From contig NC_082731.1 in assembly GCF_030144855.1 (NCBI RefSeq), positions 21,638,001 to 21,702,000 on the forward strand: a stretch of DNA of 64,000 bases, in the 5' to 3' direction. Positions 40,900-54,299 of this stretch are shown here, in pieces (position 1 is the stretch's first letter; each line of letters begins with the position of its first letter). Made by a program: the position numbers and the translations under genes. This DNA comes from Hypanus sabinus (taxonomy: Eukaryota). Below the pieces are notes generated by a model. The model was not told the origin of the DNA. It was given only the letters and a program-made list of their open reading frames with translations, and ran no database searches.

Positions 40900-43800
40900 G
40901 TCGGATTCGATCAGGCAGAGTTGAAAAACTTTAGCTCAACGGGGCTTCGAAGATAAAGGGTTAAGACAATGCAGCTTATCTGTTCAAATGCTTAGCGGAT
41001 GTATGTGTGTGAGGCCGCTTTTCTGTGTACGGTGTCAGACTTTGGAGGTCGTAGAGACACCCACTCTCCCAAACGACCAAATCTGCACCAGGGGTGTCGA
41101 GCTGCAGCTCCTTAGCGACCGCGCTAGGGAACCGGAGATGCAGCCCCCTGAACCTTCTTTGGTCAATGTAAGTAAGGACAGTGAAGAGCAATAGCAGGGA
41201 GTCATTCCGGGTCCTGGGCAGTCGGTTAAATGGGAATCAGTCAGGAGAGGGAAGGACAGGAGTCATAGGCACCACTGTAGCTGAAGACCTTCACAATAGG
41301 TTTCCTGCACGTGTACTGTTTGGGCGAGCAGACTACCTGTGTGAAGCAACAATGGACCCACCAGTTGCAAAGAGTTAGCCCTGAGGCTCGAAATGGTAGG
41401 AAAAGGAAGAGGATGGAAGCAATATCAGGGGACTCAATATATTTAGGGCTTAAGACAGTCGATTCTATTGACGCAGGGGGAAAAAAGCGCTGTTGGTAGT
41501 TGGCCTCCCACGTGCCAGGGGCCGGGCGGTTACTGATCACGTCCATGATATCCTGAAGTGGGAAGGATAACAGCCAGAGATGACGGTACATATTGCGAGC
41601 AACGAATAGGTAGGAAAAGGGACAAAGTCCTTACCACAGGCGACTGGGAGCTAGGAAGATAGAACTCAACGATAGCAGTAATCTCTGGATTACTGCCCAT
41701 GCCACGTGACAACGAGATCGGAATAGATTGTGGTGGAAGATAAATGCTTGGCTCAGTAATTGGAGCAGGGACAGAGATTCAGATTTCTGGATCTCTGGGA
41801 CTTCTTTTGAGGCATGTGTGACTTGCACAAAAAATGACGGATTGCACTTGAATCCCAGGGGATGAATATACCGCGAGGAGGTTTGCTAAGGCTGTTAAGA
41901 GGAGCTCAAATCACAATTGCTGGGCAGTATGGGTGGTAAACAAACTGAAGTGACAGAGGAATAGAGAAAGCTTGGAAACAATGCGAAAGGGAGGATAGGG
42001 AGGTAACAGAGAACAGACACGCTCAGACCGATTGTTTAAGATGTGTCTATTTTAATTCAAGTTGTATTATGTACAACGCAGAGGAGCTTAGAGCGTGAAT
42101 CAGCACTTGGATACATGACGTTGCGGACATTACAGAGACTAGAATGTTTGAAGTGCAGGTATAGCTAATTCAACTGCCAGACTTTAGACGTTTCAGAAAG
42201 TACACGGAGCGAGGCAAAAGAGGTGGGGGCGTGGCACTGTTGATCAGGCATAGTGCTACAGCTGCGAAGGAAGAAGTCATGGAAGGGTTGTCTGCGGAGT
42301 CTCTGTGGAAGGAATGAAGCAACAGGAAGGGTTCCATATCTCTTCTGAGTGTTTTTAAAGACATACCAATAGTAACAGTGACACCGAGGAGCAAAGAGAA
42401 AGGCATATTCTACGAAGATGTATTAATAACATGTTGTCCTGGTGGGAAAAACTAATCTCCCAAATATTGATTGGCCTCTCCGTAGAACAAGGGGTTCAGA
42501 ATGGATGGAATTTGTGAGGAGTGTTCAGGAAGGTTTCCTGCTGCAATGTATACATAAGCCTACAAGAGGAGAGGTTTATAATTGATCTGATTTTGGGAAA
42601 TGAGGCTGTTCCGTTGTCAGGTCTCTCAGTGGAAGAACACTTTCGAGATAGTGATCACAAATCTACATCCTTTACCATAGCACTGAGAGGGATAGGGACA
42701 GTCAAGTTACGGAAACATTTTCGTGCAGTAAGGGGAAATATGAGATTTTCAGGCAGGAACCTGGAAGCCAAAATTGGAGACAAATGTTCTCAGTGAAAGG
42801 TAGGGGGGAAAAATCTGCGGCAGGTGTCCAGGGGATATTTACGTGGGCTCATGCATAATTACGTTTCAATGAGGCAGGAAAACGATCGTAGGATACGGGG
42901 TCTGTGGTATACAAAGTGTGTTCTTAAATCTAGTCAAGAAGGTAAGAAGAGCTTAGGAAAGGTGATAAAAGACTGGGTAGGCATAGAGATCCAGAACTTT
43001 ATAAGGTTAGCTGGAATGAGCTTAATAATGCGATTAGGTAAGCCGGAAGGAGCCATGAGAAGGTCTTTGTAGACAGGATTAAGGGAAACTCCAAGGCATT
43101 CTGCAAGTATGTGAACAGCAAGCGGATACGATTTGAGCTGATAGGACCAATCATGTACGAAAGTGGAAAAGTGTGTAGGGAAGGGTAGAAGATAGAAGAG
43201 ATTTTTAATTACTTATTTGCTTCAGTATTCAATACGGAAAAGGATCTTCATGATTGGATGGATATCTTGCAGTGGACTGAAAAGCTTGAGAATGTGCATT
43301 TTAAGGAAGAGGATGTGCTGGAGCTTTTGAAATGCATCAAGCTGAAAGTCACCGGGAACGGACGGAATGTAACCCATGCTACAATGAGAAACGAAGGAGG
43401 AGATTGCTGAGATTCTGGCGATGAACACTGAATCATCAATGAGGACGACAGAGGTACTTAGGACTGGTGGGTTGTGCACACTGTTCCCTTATTCAAGAAA
43501 GTGAGTAGACGTAGCCCCAGAAATTATACAGCAGTGATCTTACTTCAGTGGTTGGTAAGTTGATGGAGAATATCCTGCAAACATGATTTATGAACATTTG
43601 GGGATGTGTAGTATGATTAGGAATATTGAAAATGGCTTGGTCATAGAGAGGTCAATGCCTTAAGAACTTGATTGAATTTTTGGAGGATGTTACTAAACAC
43701 ATTGATGAAGGAAGAGCCAGAGATGTAGTGTTTGTGGACTTCAACAAGCCATTTGAAAAGGTACCCATAAAAGGCTTATTGAGACATCAAAGAGGCATGG

Positions 43801-44895
43801 GTTCCAAGGGGACATTGCTTTGTGGATACGGAACTGGCCTGCCACAGAGGGCTAAGAGTGGTTGTAGATATTTCAAATTTTGCATGGGCATCGGCGTATT
43901 GTGGTGTGCGTGATCTATCTTTTCTGGGACCACTAATCTCCGTGATTTGAATGTGACCTGAATTAAAAAGTGGAGGAATGTGTTAGTTAATTTGCTGAAG
44001 ACACAAAGGTTAAGGGTGTTGTTGAAGTTGTGTAGGGGTGTCAGTCGTTACGAGGAGACATTGATAGGATGCAAAACTGGGCTGAGCATTGCCAAATGCA
44101 GCTCAGCACAGAGAAGTGTGAGGTGTTTCATTTTGGTTGGACAAACATTATGAAAGAATATAGCATTAATGGTAAGTCTCTTGGCAGTGTGCAGGATTGA
44201 CGAACTTTGGGCTCCGAATACATAGGAAAATCAAAACCGCTACGTAGGTTGACTCCCTGGTTAAGACGGCTGACTGTGCATTCGCTTTTATCAACCATGG
44301 AACTGAGTTTATGAGCCGAGAGGGATTATTGCAGATCTCTAGGAAACTGGTCAGACCCAACTTGGGGTACGAGGCTCAGTTCTGATCGCCTCAATACAGG
44401 AAGGTTGTAGAAACTTCCGAAATGTTGCATTGGAGTATTACTAGAATGTTGCCTGGATTGGGGTGCATGCCTTACAAGAATAGGTGAGTGAACTCGGTAT
44501 TTTCTCCTTGGAGCGACGGAGGATGACAGCTGACCTGACAGAGGTGAACAAGATAATGAGATATATTGATTGCTTGGATCGTCAGACGCTTTTACCCATG
44601 GCAGAAAATGCTTAAACGACAGGTCACAGGTTTCAGATGTTTGTAACTAGGTACATACGAGATGTCATGGTTACGTTTTGTTACATAGAGAGTGGTAATT
44701 GCGTGGAATGGGCTTCCGGCTGTGGTGATGGAGCTGGAAACAGTAGACGTTTAAGAGGCTCCTAGAGAGGTACTGGGAGCCGAGAAAAATACAATGCTCT
44801 GGGAAGGTTTAGGTAGTTCTAAAGTAAGGAAAGGTTTTGCACAGCTTTGTGGGCCGGCGGGTCTGTATGTGTTGTAGGTTTTCAATGTATCTGTT
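40900..44895 (+). mobile_element. Near full-length, heavily decayed CR1 LINE
   Basis: ORF1-like at 40988-41830, APE remnants at ~42050-42700, RT (IEFLEDVTKHIDEGRARDVVFVDFNKPFEKVP), CR1-type 3' end at ~44.89 kb; collinear with the 31.5-35.5 kb copy. Confidence 0.85.
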
Positions 44896-45685
44896 TCTTC
44901 ATGATTCTAGTTCACAAATGATCAAGTAGATTGGGGAAAAAAAAGAGATTTTCGAAAACAGAACAGATTTATAAGGATGTGGCCTGGATTAGGGAGCATG
45001 TCTTATGAGACTACCTTGAGTGAATGGGTTATTCACTTCCAGTTCCTTAATTTTGCACACAACAGTATATTTAATATCCCTTCCCTGCTTTCCACAGCAT
45101 TGACATTTCTGGTCATACATTCAGATCCACAAATCTGAAACCCAAGACACTGAACCAAATCATCAGCAATGCATTTACCTGTGTTATAATTATATACTTA
45201 GCATTAAAGGGGAAGTCACAAGCTTCAATTAAGAGAATACTACCCACGAGATCCTGTGCTTACTTCCTTTCCTCATTAACCGCATTCTCATTTCAGAACA
45301 ACATCCTTTATCCAATTTATGCCATTGCTATTCATGCATACCATGCTCTCCGTTTGATCCCATGCACTTCAAGATTGCAGTGTCACCGACCCAATATATG
45401 CCAGACGTTAAGAACTGAGGGCAATAGAACCCATACGGAAGCATTGCAACCGTTCATCGAGTCAGTTCCCAGAACCAATGAATCGTCTATTGCTGTTGGA
45501 CCTCTTTCCTCTCGCATCTCCACGTAGCTGCACAGCCGGAGTTAGTGCCAAGTACCGGACAAATATGGTAGTCCTATATGTTTGTGAACGTTAAGAGGAC
45601 ATGTCGAGAACGAATTGTGATTAATGAGTGCTGTTCCACTGTGGCGAATGGAGTGAACAATCCAAGATGCTGTCTCTGGAAATTA

Positions 45686-45691
45686 TTTATT
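45686..45691 (-). terminator. Candidate polyadenylation signal for membrane mu mRNA
   Basis: AATAAA on the minus strand ~265 nt after the TM2 stop. An ATTAAA at 45796-45801 is an alternative. Confidence 0.5.
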
Positions 45692-45956
45692 TTGTTTTTT
45701 TTTGCCAGGAAACAGGAAGTGTATAGTTGTTAAAGAAACCGAACATGTGGCATCATTTATGGTAACAATCAACTTATATCTGTATTTTATAAAACTTTAA
45801 TTAATGCATGTCAATTAGCAGTGATGAACATTAAAGCTTTAAAACAGAAATTTAGTCCATGTCTTTGCTGGCTTCAAAAGGTGGTACTTTCTTTCATGTT
45901 AACTTAAAAGTGAATAGTTCCGTAAGAAAAATCCATTGCATCCTATTTTCAAGCTG

Positions 45957-45965
45957 TTACTTCAC
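45957..45965 (-). CDS. IGHM: IgM heavy chain TM2 exon (VK*)
   Basis: ttttcacag|GTG AAG TAA; gives the canonical KVK cytoplasmic tail with TM1. Confidence 0.9.
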   Translation of the reverse strand: MK

Positions 45966-46106
45966 CTGTGAAAACAAGACAAATAGAAAATAGACAAATT
46001 CAGTAATGGCCTGAGATTAGAGACCACGCAAGATGTTAAAGTTATCAGCATTTTGTCATCAACTCCAAATGCAGGGAAAGATAAGTGTAAAAAAAAATGT
46101 TATCAC

Positions 46107-46225
46107 CTTCACTAAAGATAGTGCAGCGCTGTAGGAAATACTCAGGAAGAACAAGATGATGAATGTGGATGCAGTTGTCCATAAGTTGTCTGTGTCTTCT
46201 CCATAGTCTTCAATTCCAATATCTT
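46107..46225 (-). CDS. IGHM: IgM heavy chain TM1 exon
   Basis: ttctgcag|(E)DIGIEDYGEDTDNLWTTASTFIILFFLSISYSAALSLVK|gtgata; acidic spacer plus antigen-receptor TM motif; phase 1 matches the Cmu4 internal donor. Confidence 0.95.
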
Positions 46226-48331
46226 CTGCAGAAACCAACGGAAGCAGATATTAGATACATTCACGCGGTTGTCCAAAGCAACCTTTCATTTATTTCTTAT
46301 TTTGCTTATTTTAACACGATATACTTGTATTTACATAAATAATTTTCCATGAAATTTCAGTATCAATGTAATTGTTATCAATAATTGCTGACAACATTTA
46401 TAAGTTATTTTCTGAGTGGCAGTGAATATGCGCGAGTTGTTAAATTTATAAATTTCTTGTACTTGAGCAATCCTATTTGAATAACATTGTGTGTAACAGT
46501 TAACTCTGGTTATTTCTGACCTATATTTAAAAAGTATATAATGTTATTGTGTGCAGGAGATCATTTGCATGTTACGTTTGATATTATTGTTTTTCAAAAT
46601 TCACAGCTCAGAGTGAAATCGTTGACACAATTTGATGGACAGAAATAGAGAAGGAAATAAGGCTGACAAAACATTTTGATTTAAAGTAGATATTTGAGAG
46701 AATTGGTAAAGTAGTGCGATTGGCATAACGCATTTACTCAAAACTAGTTAGTGAGATTTCCTGTATACTATCACATGTTTATATATCTGCTGTAAGACTC
46801 AGTCCAAAATCCATCTGTCGGGAATTGCGTAAGCATTTTAGTGTAGGCTTACGTGAATATTGTTTTTTCATGGAGATAAATGATTCTATATGTATTTTCC
46901 AAACCAGTCTCTGTACGGGCGCACGTGCAACAGACTGGTGTCCTTGTGCACAAGTTTCCAAACATGACCACAAAAGCGATGGAGGTTCCAACTTATCAAT
47001 TTGTGAATTTCCTCTCAAATTTAGATTTTGATGTGCAAGAGGTGTGGTAATTTTGGGTGTGTCTATGTTATAATTTAGAGTATAAGGACATGGTTATTTG
47101 TTGTATTAATGGAAGTTTACAGTAGAATATATGGATTTCGGGAGCTGCAATACAGATGTAAGCTTAAACATACTTATGTATATGTGTCAACTAATGTTTA
47201 TATGCTTACAATTTACTGAAGTTTCATGTACTGACGTGTAATAAAAGGGAATAACGAAATAATGAATGATATTAAATATATGGATATACTCTTTCTCCTG
47301 CAAATCCGGGAAAGACAGGTTCAAAGAAAAGTGTTCTATCAGACGAGTCTAATCTGTGAAAGCTGATATTATACCGTCTGAGTTGATATTTGATTGTTAC
47401 CCTATATCCTTACTTACGTTTCATATTTTTTGCCTCCACAGATCAACTAACATGATGATATAGAGCAGTACATTTACTGAGGAGAAAATTTAAATACACA
47501 AGCTTGAGTTCCCTCCCAGAAGGGTTCCCCCACTTTTTTTTCTCAATTTTTGGCCCATTTTCTTTAATTTATATGTTCGTGCTTCATATTCATGAAAACG
47601 AATTGGCCGTGCCTTCTCTGCTCCAGACCTACGTAACAAAGTAGTATATTCACTTTCATGCACACGTTACGAATACAATATTCTCCCAGTTTATTGATAA
47701 ATCTATTTTTATGTGTTTGTTTCTGACTGCATCGAATTTCAGGGATATTTGAGAGATGTGCCAGGTACATATCCTTGACCTGCCGTTCAATCCGCATTTC
47801 TCGGACTGCCGTGTTGTGCCTATATTTCAGATGCTGGAAATAGCATTTTAAGAAACATTAGCGTGAGGAACATAGTGACCCCTTCAGTGCACTCTTTATT
47901 ATCAGGCCAGGATAATGATTTATTTGATACAGGCAAAATTAATGCATTTTCGTGTATGCATGGAAAACTCGTCATCGTATAATGCAAAAAATGTGTGTTA
48001 CTCTCGGGTGCAAAATGTGTTACACATTTATCCCAGGACAGATTTTCACTACAAAGCGCAATGACTGACTCGGTCCTACGGTTGTGAATAAAGCGGACGC
48101 AAAAAAGACGGAAGTAGGTAGTTCCAGTACACTCGACCCGACTCTGGAATAATTGTGTTCTAAACTCCCCTCTAATTCTCTGTTGACGCGGCTATACATT
48201 GTCTTGTAACACTTGGTGTATAGGGGTCCACGTTTAAAAAAAAATCTCGAAACCCTCTAAGGCCTTGTTTTCTCAAGCCTCGGAAACCAATAAGAGCTCT
48301 TCTGGACAGTGCAAAATTTGCTGGAAGAATA

Positions 48332-48337
48332 TTTATT
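48332..48337 (-). terminator. Polyadenylation signal for secretory mu mRNA
   Basis: AATAAA on the minus strand ~40 nt after the secretory stop codon. Confidence 0.75.
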
Positions 48338-48375
48338 GATACTTATTTAAACATGTGTTGAAAACAATAAAATTA

Positions 48376-48767
48376 TCATTGACAATTATCGACAGTATCC
48401 ATCAGTACAAGGGATATGTTGACAAAACTGGGTTTACCACTGGACCGATTAACGGTTCTTGCGATGGTCTTCATCGGGAGGGATTCATGTGCGACAACAC
48501 AGGAGAAAGAAGCACCTCGCAACCACTGTTCCGAACGAACATACAACAAGCTGTACATGAAGAATGAATTGTTGCCGTTCTCTGCCGCAACTGCGGTATT
48601 CGTGTAGTCGCGTGAATCCACCCGCGTGTCTTCGACCGTCCAAGTGACGAAAATCCTGCTAGGCGAGAACCCTTTCACTAAGCAGGTGAGGATGACGGAG
48701 TTCTCTGTGGTCTCTTCACTTGTCGGCGGAAGAAGGACAGAGACGGAAGGTTGCTGAGGATGCAAGG
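48376..48767 (-). CDS. IGHM: IgM Cmu4 exon plus secretory tailpiece (membrane donor after 48438)
   Basis: acgcag|(A)LHPQQPSVSVLLPP...ILTCLVKGFSP...VTW...QWLRGASFSCVVAHESLP...VNRSS-GKPSFVNISLVLMDTVDNCQ*. Internal G|GTAAAC donor; tailpiece has the NIS sequon and penultimate Cys. Confidence 0.97.
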
Positions 48768-49597
48768 CTGCGTAAAAACGGGGAAAACAATTAATATACC
48801 GGGAAGTAATGAGATGAAAAGAAGATAGTTTAGAATGGAAGAAACAGTGATTTGGCAAAAATATTAATGTACAGCGTTTCACTACTGTTAATATTTCGTA
48901 ACCGAGCTTGTGTTTGGGGTAATAATACACTGTCGGTACAAGGTTCTTCAAGAACCCGAGGCGCATTACAGGATTATTTATCCCCTCCAATTAATGTGTA
49001 TCTTTATACCATCTGGTTCTCTGCTGAGGGTTTAACAGTATACTTTGATATCATTCTTAATTTTAGGACTGAGGAATCATTCTGTTATGCTGGCAAATTA
49101 ATTAAACTTTATCAATTCATCGATGTGCCACGGAACATTTTCGCAAAGGGTAAAATTGAGTTAAACTTTCATTGGAAGAATGTTCCAGCGACATGTTTAT
49201 GGATAGCTAAGTACTGTTAACTTGCAGAGATAATGAAAGAGGGAGGTATTGTTGAAAGTAATTTAGACATTCTTGGAGTGATAAGGTAAACTAAGTGTAT
49301 ATCAGCTATTTCGTTCTGATCTATCTTTGTTTTCTTTTACATCTTAAACGCACTCCGACTGAGTAGGATGAATGAGCATCTCCTATTCCGACGATGGTTT
49401 CAGCAGATGATTCAGTGTACATAATGAGGGATAAGAAACCAAATTGGTTTGCCGAGACGCAGCAGCCGGGAGATTTTTTGCAGACATAGGCAACCTGCTG
49501 ATTGGTCTCCACCAATTGTTTTGATTAACCTCAATGAAAAAAGTGCAAGATTGCCGCCCGCACAAAATACAGTCATGCATTACCAACCCCAGCTTAC

Positions 49598-49906
49598 CTT
49601 CCTCCTTGCGGATGTATGCTCTTTTTGGGGTCGGCATTTCTTCGTGGCTCACCACGCATTCGAATAGGACCCCACTCAACCAAGATTGTGTCGAAATATT
49701 TAGATTGCTGATCACGCTATGGAGGGAATTTCCTGGCTGGTAGGCAATCTCTGATTTCAGCTCAAGTTTGCCTTGCATCCAAGACACTTGGACGCCGTAA
49801 GGCGCATTAGTGATGACGCATGTTAATGTGACGCTCGCCTCTAGTAAGACTTGCTCCACTGGTGGTTCTTGAATTTCTACTTGTACTTCTTCGCATGAGC
49901 ATGGAC
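49598..49906 (-). CDS. IGHM: IgM Cmu3 exon
   Basis: ccatag|(G)[31 protein letters not shown]...VSW...[32 protein letters not shown]|gtaagc; 309 nt, open frame. Confidence 0.96.
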
Positions 49907-50135
49907 CTATGGCAAATTAACATCAGTTAAATACCCGCAACTGAATCGAGAGTATGAAATTAATCTTCTGAGTTGGAAAAAGTATATGAACATTTCCGAT
50001 CACTCCGACTCTAGAAGGTTCTCTCGAACAGAATAATGTGCTGTTCCCTTTTGTCCTAAAGTCAAGATTTACTAAATTTGGACTGAGGTCGACACTCACA
50101 GTGACATGTGGACATTTATTTGATACGTCTCTTAC

Positions 50136-50441
50136 CTGGAGTATTGCTGATATTTCGACTTTGGGTGTAGTCTTTGTGCGTAACCTGACAGGTATAGACA
50201 ACGCCTGCGAACCAGTCCGTCGCCGCAAATGTCAATTGGCTTGTCGCTGAGAAGTTTCCATTCACCTTAAAAGCAGGGGAGGTGACCACACCAGAATGCA
50301 CCGACTGTCCATCTTTCAGCCAGTGCACGGTGAATTTCGCCGGTTGGAAGTCGGTGATAGAACAAACTGCGGTCCCTCTTCTGCTCCTCCTAATATCTTC
50401 AGGGGAGCTCACGGAGATAGCGATAGTTGGATGATGAACCT
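50136..50441 (-). CDS. IGHM: IgM Cmu2 exon
   Basis: aatctag|(E)VHHPTIAISVSSPEDIRRSRRGTAVCSITDFQP...VHWLKDG...DWFAGVVYTCQVTH...NISNTP|gtaaga; 306 nt, open frame. Confidence 0.96.
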
Positions 50442-52641
50442 CTAGATTTTGAACAAAATAAACGTATTTTTTAAAATGGCTTCAATATGGCAAGAAGCCA
50501 TTGATGAAGATATCCGTTAATCATCGAGGATTGCTCAACACAAGCAAGAAAATAACAGTTAAATTGCCCTTTCTTCCGGTGGAATACCTGCGCATGTCTC
50601 ACAATATTATATTAACTAGCTGTAGTACAAATAGGTATTTAGTTGTGGAGAATTGAATGCATTTTACATATAACGCGTTTTCCCGTCTCTGTGATTGTGG
50701 GACTCCTTCCAAGGCCCTTACAATGTTCGCTTACAAACCTTAATGAAGTAAATTGTTCAACATTTCAGTTAGCTTTGCAGATAATCTCGTGTCCCTACAG
50801 ATAAAGGTGTGGCTGCAGAAGGGCAGGAGCGGAAGCGTTGCAGTTATGTGGAAGACAGAAATCTTTGATTGGAAAGATTGGCCTGTAGAAATGGGTAGAA
50901 TTTAACCAGAAGACGGAAGGAGGGTTGGCTGGATTGTTAGAGCTGTTGGGTAGGTTTTACTAATGTTCGCTAGGGCTGTCAGACATAGTGTAAAGAGACC
51001 ATGAGGAAAGATAGTCTGTTGCATGGTTTGAAACGTTATGTTTTCTCATGAAAAGTATGATATAATCATATCATGCACCAGTTCTTGGAAATGAGATGAT
51101 TTTGGGATTTCTGAAAATAATATGTCCAAAGGGAGACGGAGGGAGTTAAAATATGTGATGGAGTAGCATTGGGGATGAGTGTTGTTATCACAGCTGTGTC
51201 TCGGGTGTGGCCATGGAATGACTGTTTACTGAAACATTGTGAGTGAAATGTACAATGGATATAATGTAATCACGCTGTTGGATGTATTTTATTAACCACA
51301 TCCAGAATGCAACAGAAGCACATGTGTTAGGAATGTAGGCAGATGGGCTGGAGGTCTATAATGGAGAGGTGTATAATATTTTACCAGAATAACCGTGGAA
51401 GATGTAGCTACAACTTTAGCGGTGGCCGTTTTATTCTCACTGGTCACAGGCGTTTATTAGGTGACTGTAAGCAAGAGAATATTATTATTTTGATAATGAA
51501 TGTTGATAGGGATCGGTGCAAACAATGCCTGTAGTATTATATGACGTGGGGAATGATGTCCATGTGAATGTGTTTTTTTTTTTAGAAAAGGCAGCAGAAG
51601 TGGCTTGTGATTGTTTTCTACTGTTCAGTTACTTTATACGATCAGGGACTCCAACTATTACCAGTACTCTTCAAAGGCTGTCAATCTGGATTCAGTGGAT
51701 CATAACCAGGACATGCGATTGAGAAGTTGCAGATATATCAATCCCTAACTGCTCTCACTATTTCAATTAATATTGATTGTAGAGCTAATCAGATGCTACA
51801 TCTCTCCCAATGATGGCATATATGTCAGCGGAGTGAACTGACGCTTTACATCTTATTTAGTCGAGATATTTTACCAAGCTACATTACGTTAAGTGAGAGG
51901 TAGGAAGAGAAATGACTGAAACAGAACGTTTGATCGCCTTGGTAATTGTAGAGACAGGTAGATTGGAATCATTTAAAACGCTCGCGGATCTATTGAATAT
52001 TTGAGAACTATAATGGATGAATCGGTAAAATTGATCTTGATATTGTTGAAATCCTCGGTGCAATAGATAGGCCTAACCTGCGCTGTGCTTGTCTCCCTGT
52101 TATATTCTGTGTTCTTTTGAAATGTCAGCAATTAGATTTATAGATGTTTACTTGGTTTTGAGCACTGTGAGGAGAACAATCAAGAAAACATATTTAAAAT
52201 GTTTCAAATTCACGAAGCGTTTCGCGATTTCTATTACAGTTCTTATTACTTTAGAGTGAGAGAAAAAATAATAACGACTTGCTCAGTCATCCTGTGTCGC
52301 TCACATAAGTTTGTTCTGAGAACAAACTCACAGTTAAATGCCTGTCTTTACAGTGCAATTTAAAACAACTAGGCGTTATACAAGTAGAGAGCGAAGATAA
52401 TGACAAATGAAGAGCAAATGTGTGCCACCATTGGTAATACATCTGCGGGAATAGGATCAACATGTGCGTTACAGAATAGTATCTGGTGGTCCAAAGGCAC
52501 TCTGCAGAACTAATGTGCCTTGGAAAATAGGACCTCAGAAGATGTTAATGCACTTTCACTGCATTTAAATCATATCTTGTGTCATTTTTGAACATTATAT
52601 TCTCGACACGACTTTTACCCGAAATTCATCCCAACACTGAC

Positions 52642-52944
52642 CTAGAGGAGGCATTTCAACTTCCTGGACTGTATCTTTATGCTGAACGACACAATAGATG
52701 GCGCTGCTGCCCGCTTGCGTCTCGCTGACTGTTAACTCGCTGCTCCGTGTATAAGATCCATTCTCGTTTAACACAGCCGGATAGGTATTAATTCCTGTTG
52801 TGATGTTCGCTTCATCTTTCTTCCAGTAGACGTTGATACCCACCGGGGAGTAATCCTTCGCCAAGCAGCCGAAAGTGACTGTTTCATCGGCACTGGATTG
52901 TTCACAGGAAAGTAGAGGGTAGACGATGGGTGCAGACTCACCCG
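52642..52944 (-). CDS. IGHM: IgM Cmu1 exon
   Basis: tttcag|(A)GESAPIVYPLLSCEQ...TFGCLAKDYSP...VYWKKD...TGINTYPAVLNENGSYTRSSELT...GSSAIYC...PPL|gtcagt; resembles shark Cmu1 and includes the light-chain-linking Cys (SCEQ). Confidence 0.96.
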
Positions 52945-53521
52945 CTGAAAGAACATGATCACACAGTTAGATTAAATGTTTTATTTTTGGCATGTCCGAT
53001 ACTCGAAGAAACAGAATGTATTGTTCTTTTGGGAGGGGGAGGGAAGTAGGGTTCCATTTGCCGACACCACCATAATCATATACTAATCACGGGGAACTAC
53101 AAATATCATCCACTTACCTTGATGTGCTTGCCAAAAATATATACTCAAAGAATTCTCTGGTGAACACGATAGGATATCACAACGTGTCAGAATGAAGTCA
53201 ATGTTACCTGTATATGTCCGAGCTCTCGTCATCATGGAAATAAAACACCTTTTCACTACATTTGTTTTTGGTCTCCCGACACTGATTCTCTGGATACCAG
53301 CTATAACGATGTCTACACAATAAGCAGATCAAATAACGGGCATACAGGTACCTATACCTTGCAAGTTTGGCGAAGAGAATCGTGGATTCTGACATTTTAG
53401 AAATTTGCGATATTCGTGTTATTCAGCAAGTTGAAAGTGAGAGTTTATTTCGAAAAAGAAGTCGGAAATTATTTGGAGAACACTAGCTTGAGTGGCGATG
53501 AATTTGCCAGCACTGTAATTC

Positions 53522-53736
53522 NNNNNNNNNNNNNNNNNNNNNNNNNNNNNNNNNNNNNNNNNNNNNNNNNNNNNNNNNNNNNNNNNNNNNNNNNNNNNNN
53601 NNNNNNNNNNNNNNNNNNNNNNNNNNNNNNNNNNNNNNNNNNNNNNNNNNNNNNNNNNNNNNNNNNNNNNNNNNNNNNNNNNNNNNNNNNNNNNNNNNNN
53701 NNNNNNNNNNNNNNNNNNNNNNNNNNNNNNNNNNNN
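53522..53736. other. Assembly gap within the JH-Cmu1 intron
   Basis: Run of N. Confidence 1.
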
Positions 53737-54299
53737 TTCAAAATAGACACTATTGATCCAACAGTAATTTCTGCCGTGATGTAAAACGCCAAGCTGTGTT
53801 GATTATCCGAATAAATTAAAAGCACGCAGGCAAAATTAAAAAAAAAATACGTCGCTAAGTGCTACAGTTCTTTTCCACGCAATTCAGCGTAGCATTACTC
53901 TAGAATTACCTTTATCTCAATTACTTAACTTTATGGACATTCACCAAACATGGATATTTCACTCAGAGCTATCCTATGCATCATTTTACTGAAAGGATTC
54001 GTAGCATTCAAGAAATTCACTTATTTATATCATCAGAGCTTTCCAAACATATATATTTTAGGAACGATATGATGAGACTACTCAGAGAAATGTTGCTAAA
54101 AGTTTCCTAGTTAATCTTGATATAAATATAACCGACACACAGTTTGCAAAGATTGCATTTAAAGACACTTCAGTCATAACTCCAATCAAAGTATTGTCAA
54201 GTTGAAATAATAAAACTGCTCGTCCCTCAGTTCATGTTGTATGATCCACATGTTTAAAGAAAAATATGACATGTTTCATTTAATGTTAGACATTTATAC

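Noticed and set aside
1-45600. Additional Ig segments (IgW, IgNAR, second cluster, extra TM or C exons)
   Set aside because: No WGxG J motif with RSS, YYC-RSS ends or further C-domain exons were recognised; the sequence is dominated by TEs.
47700-48300. Possible DNA-transposon remnant in the Cmu4-TM1 intron
   Set aside because: No terminal repeats or coding motifs could be supported.
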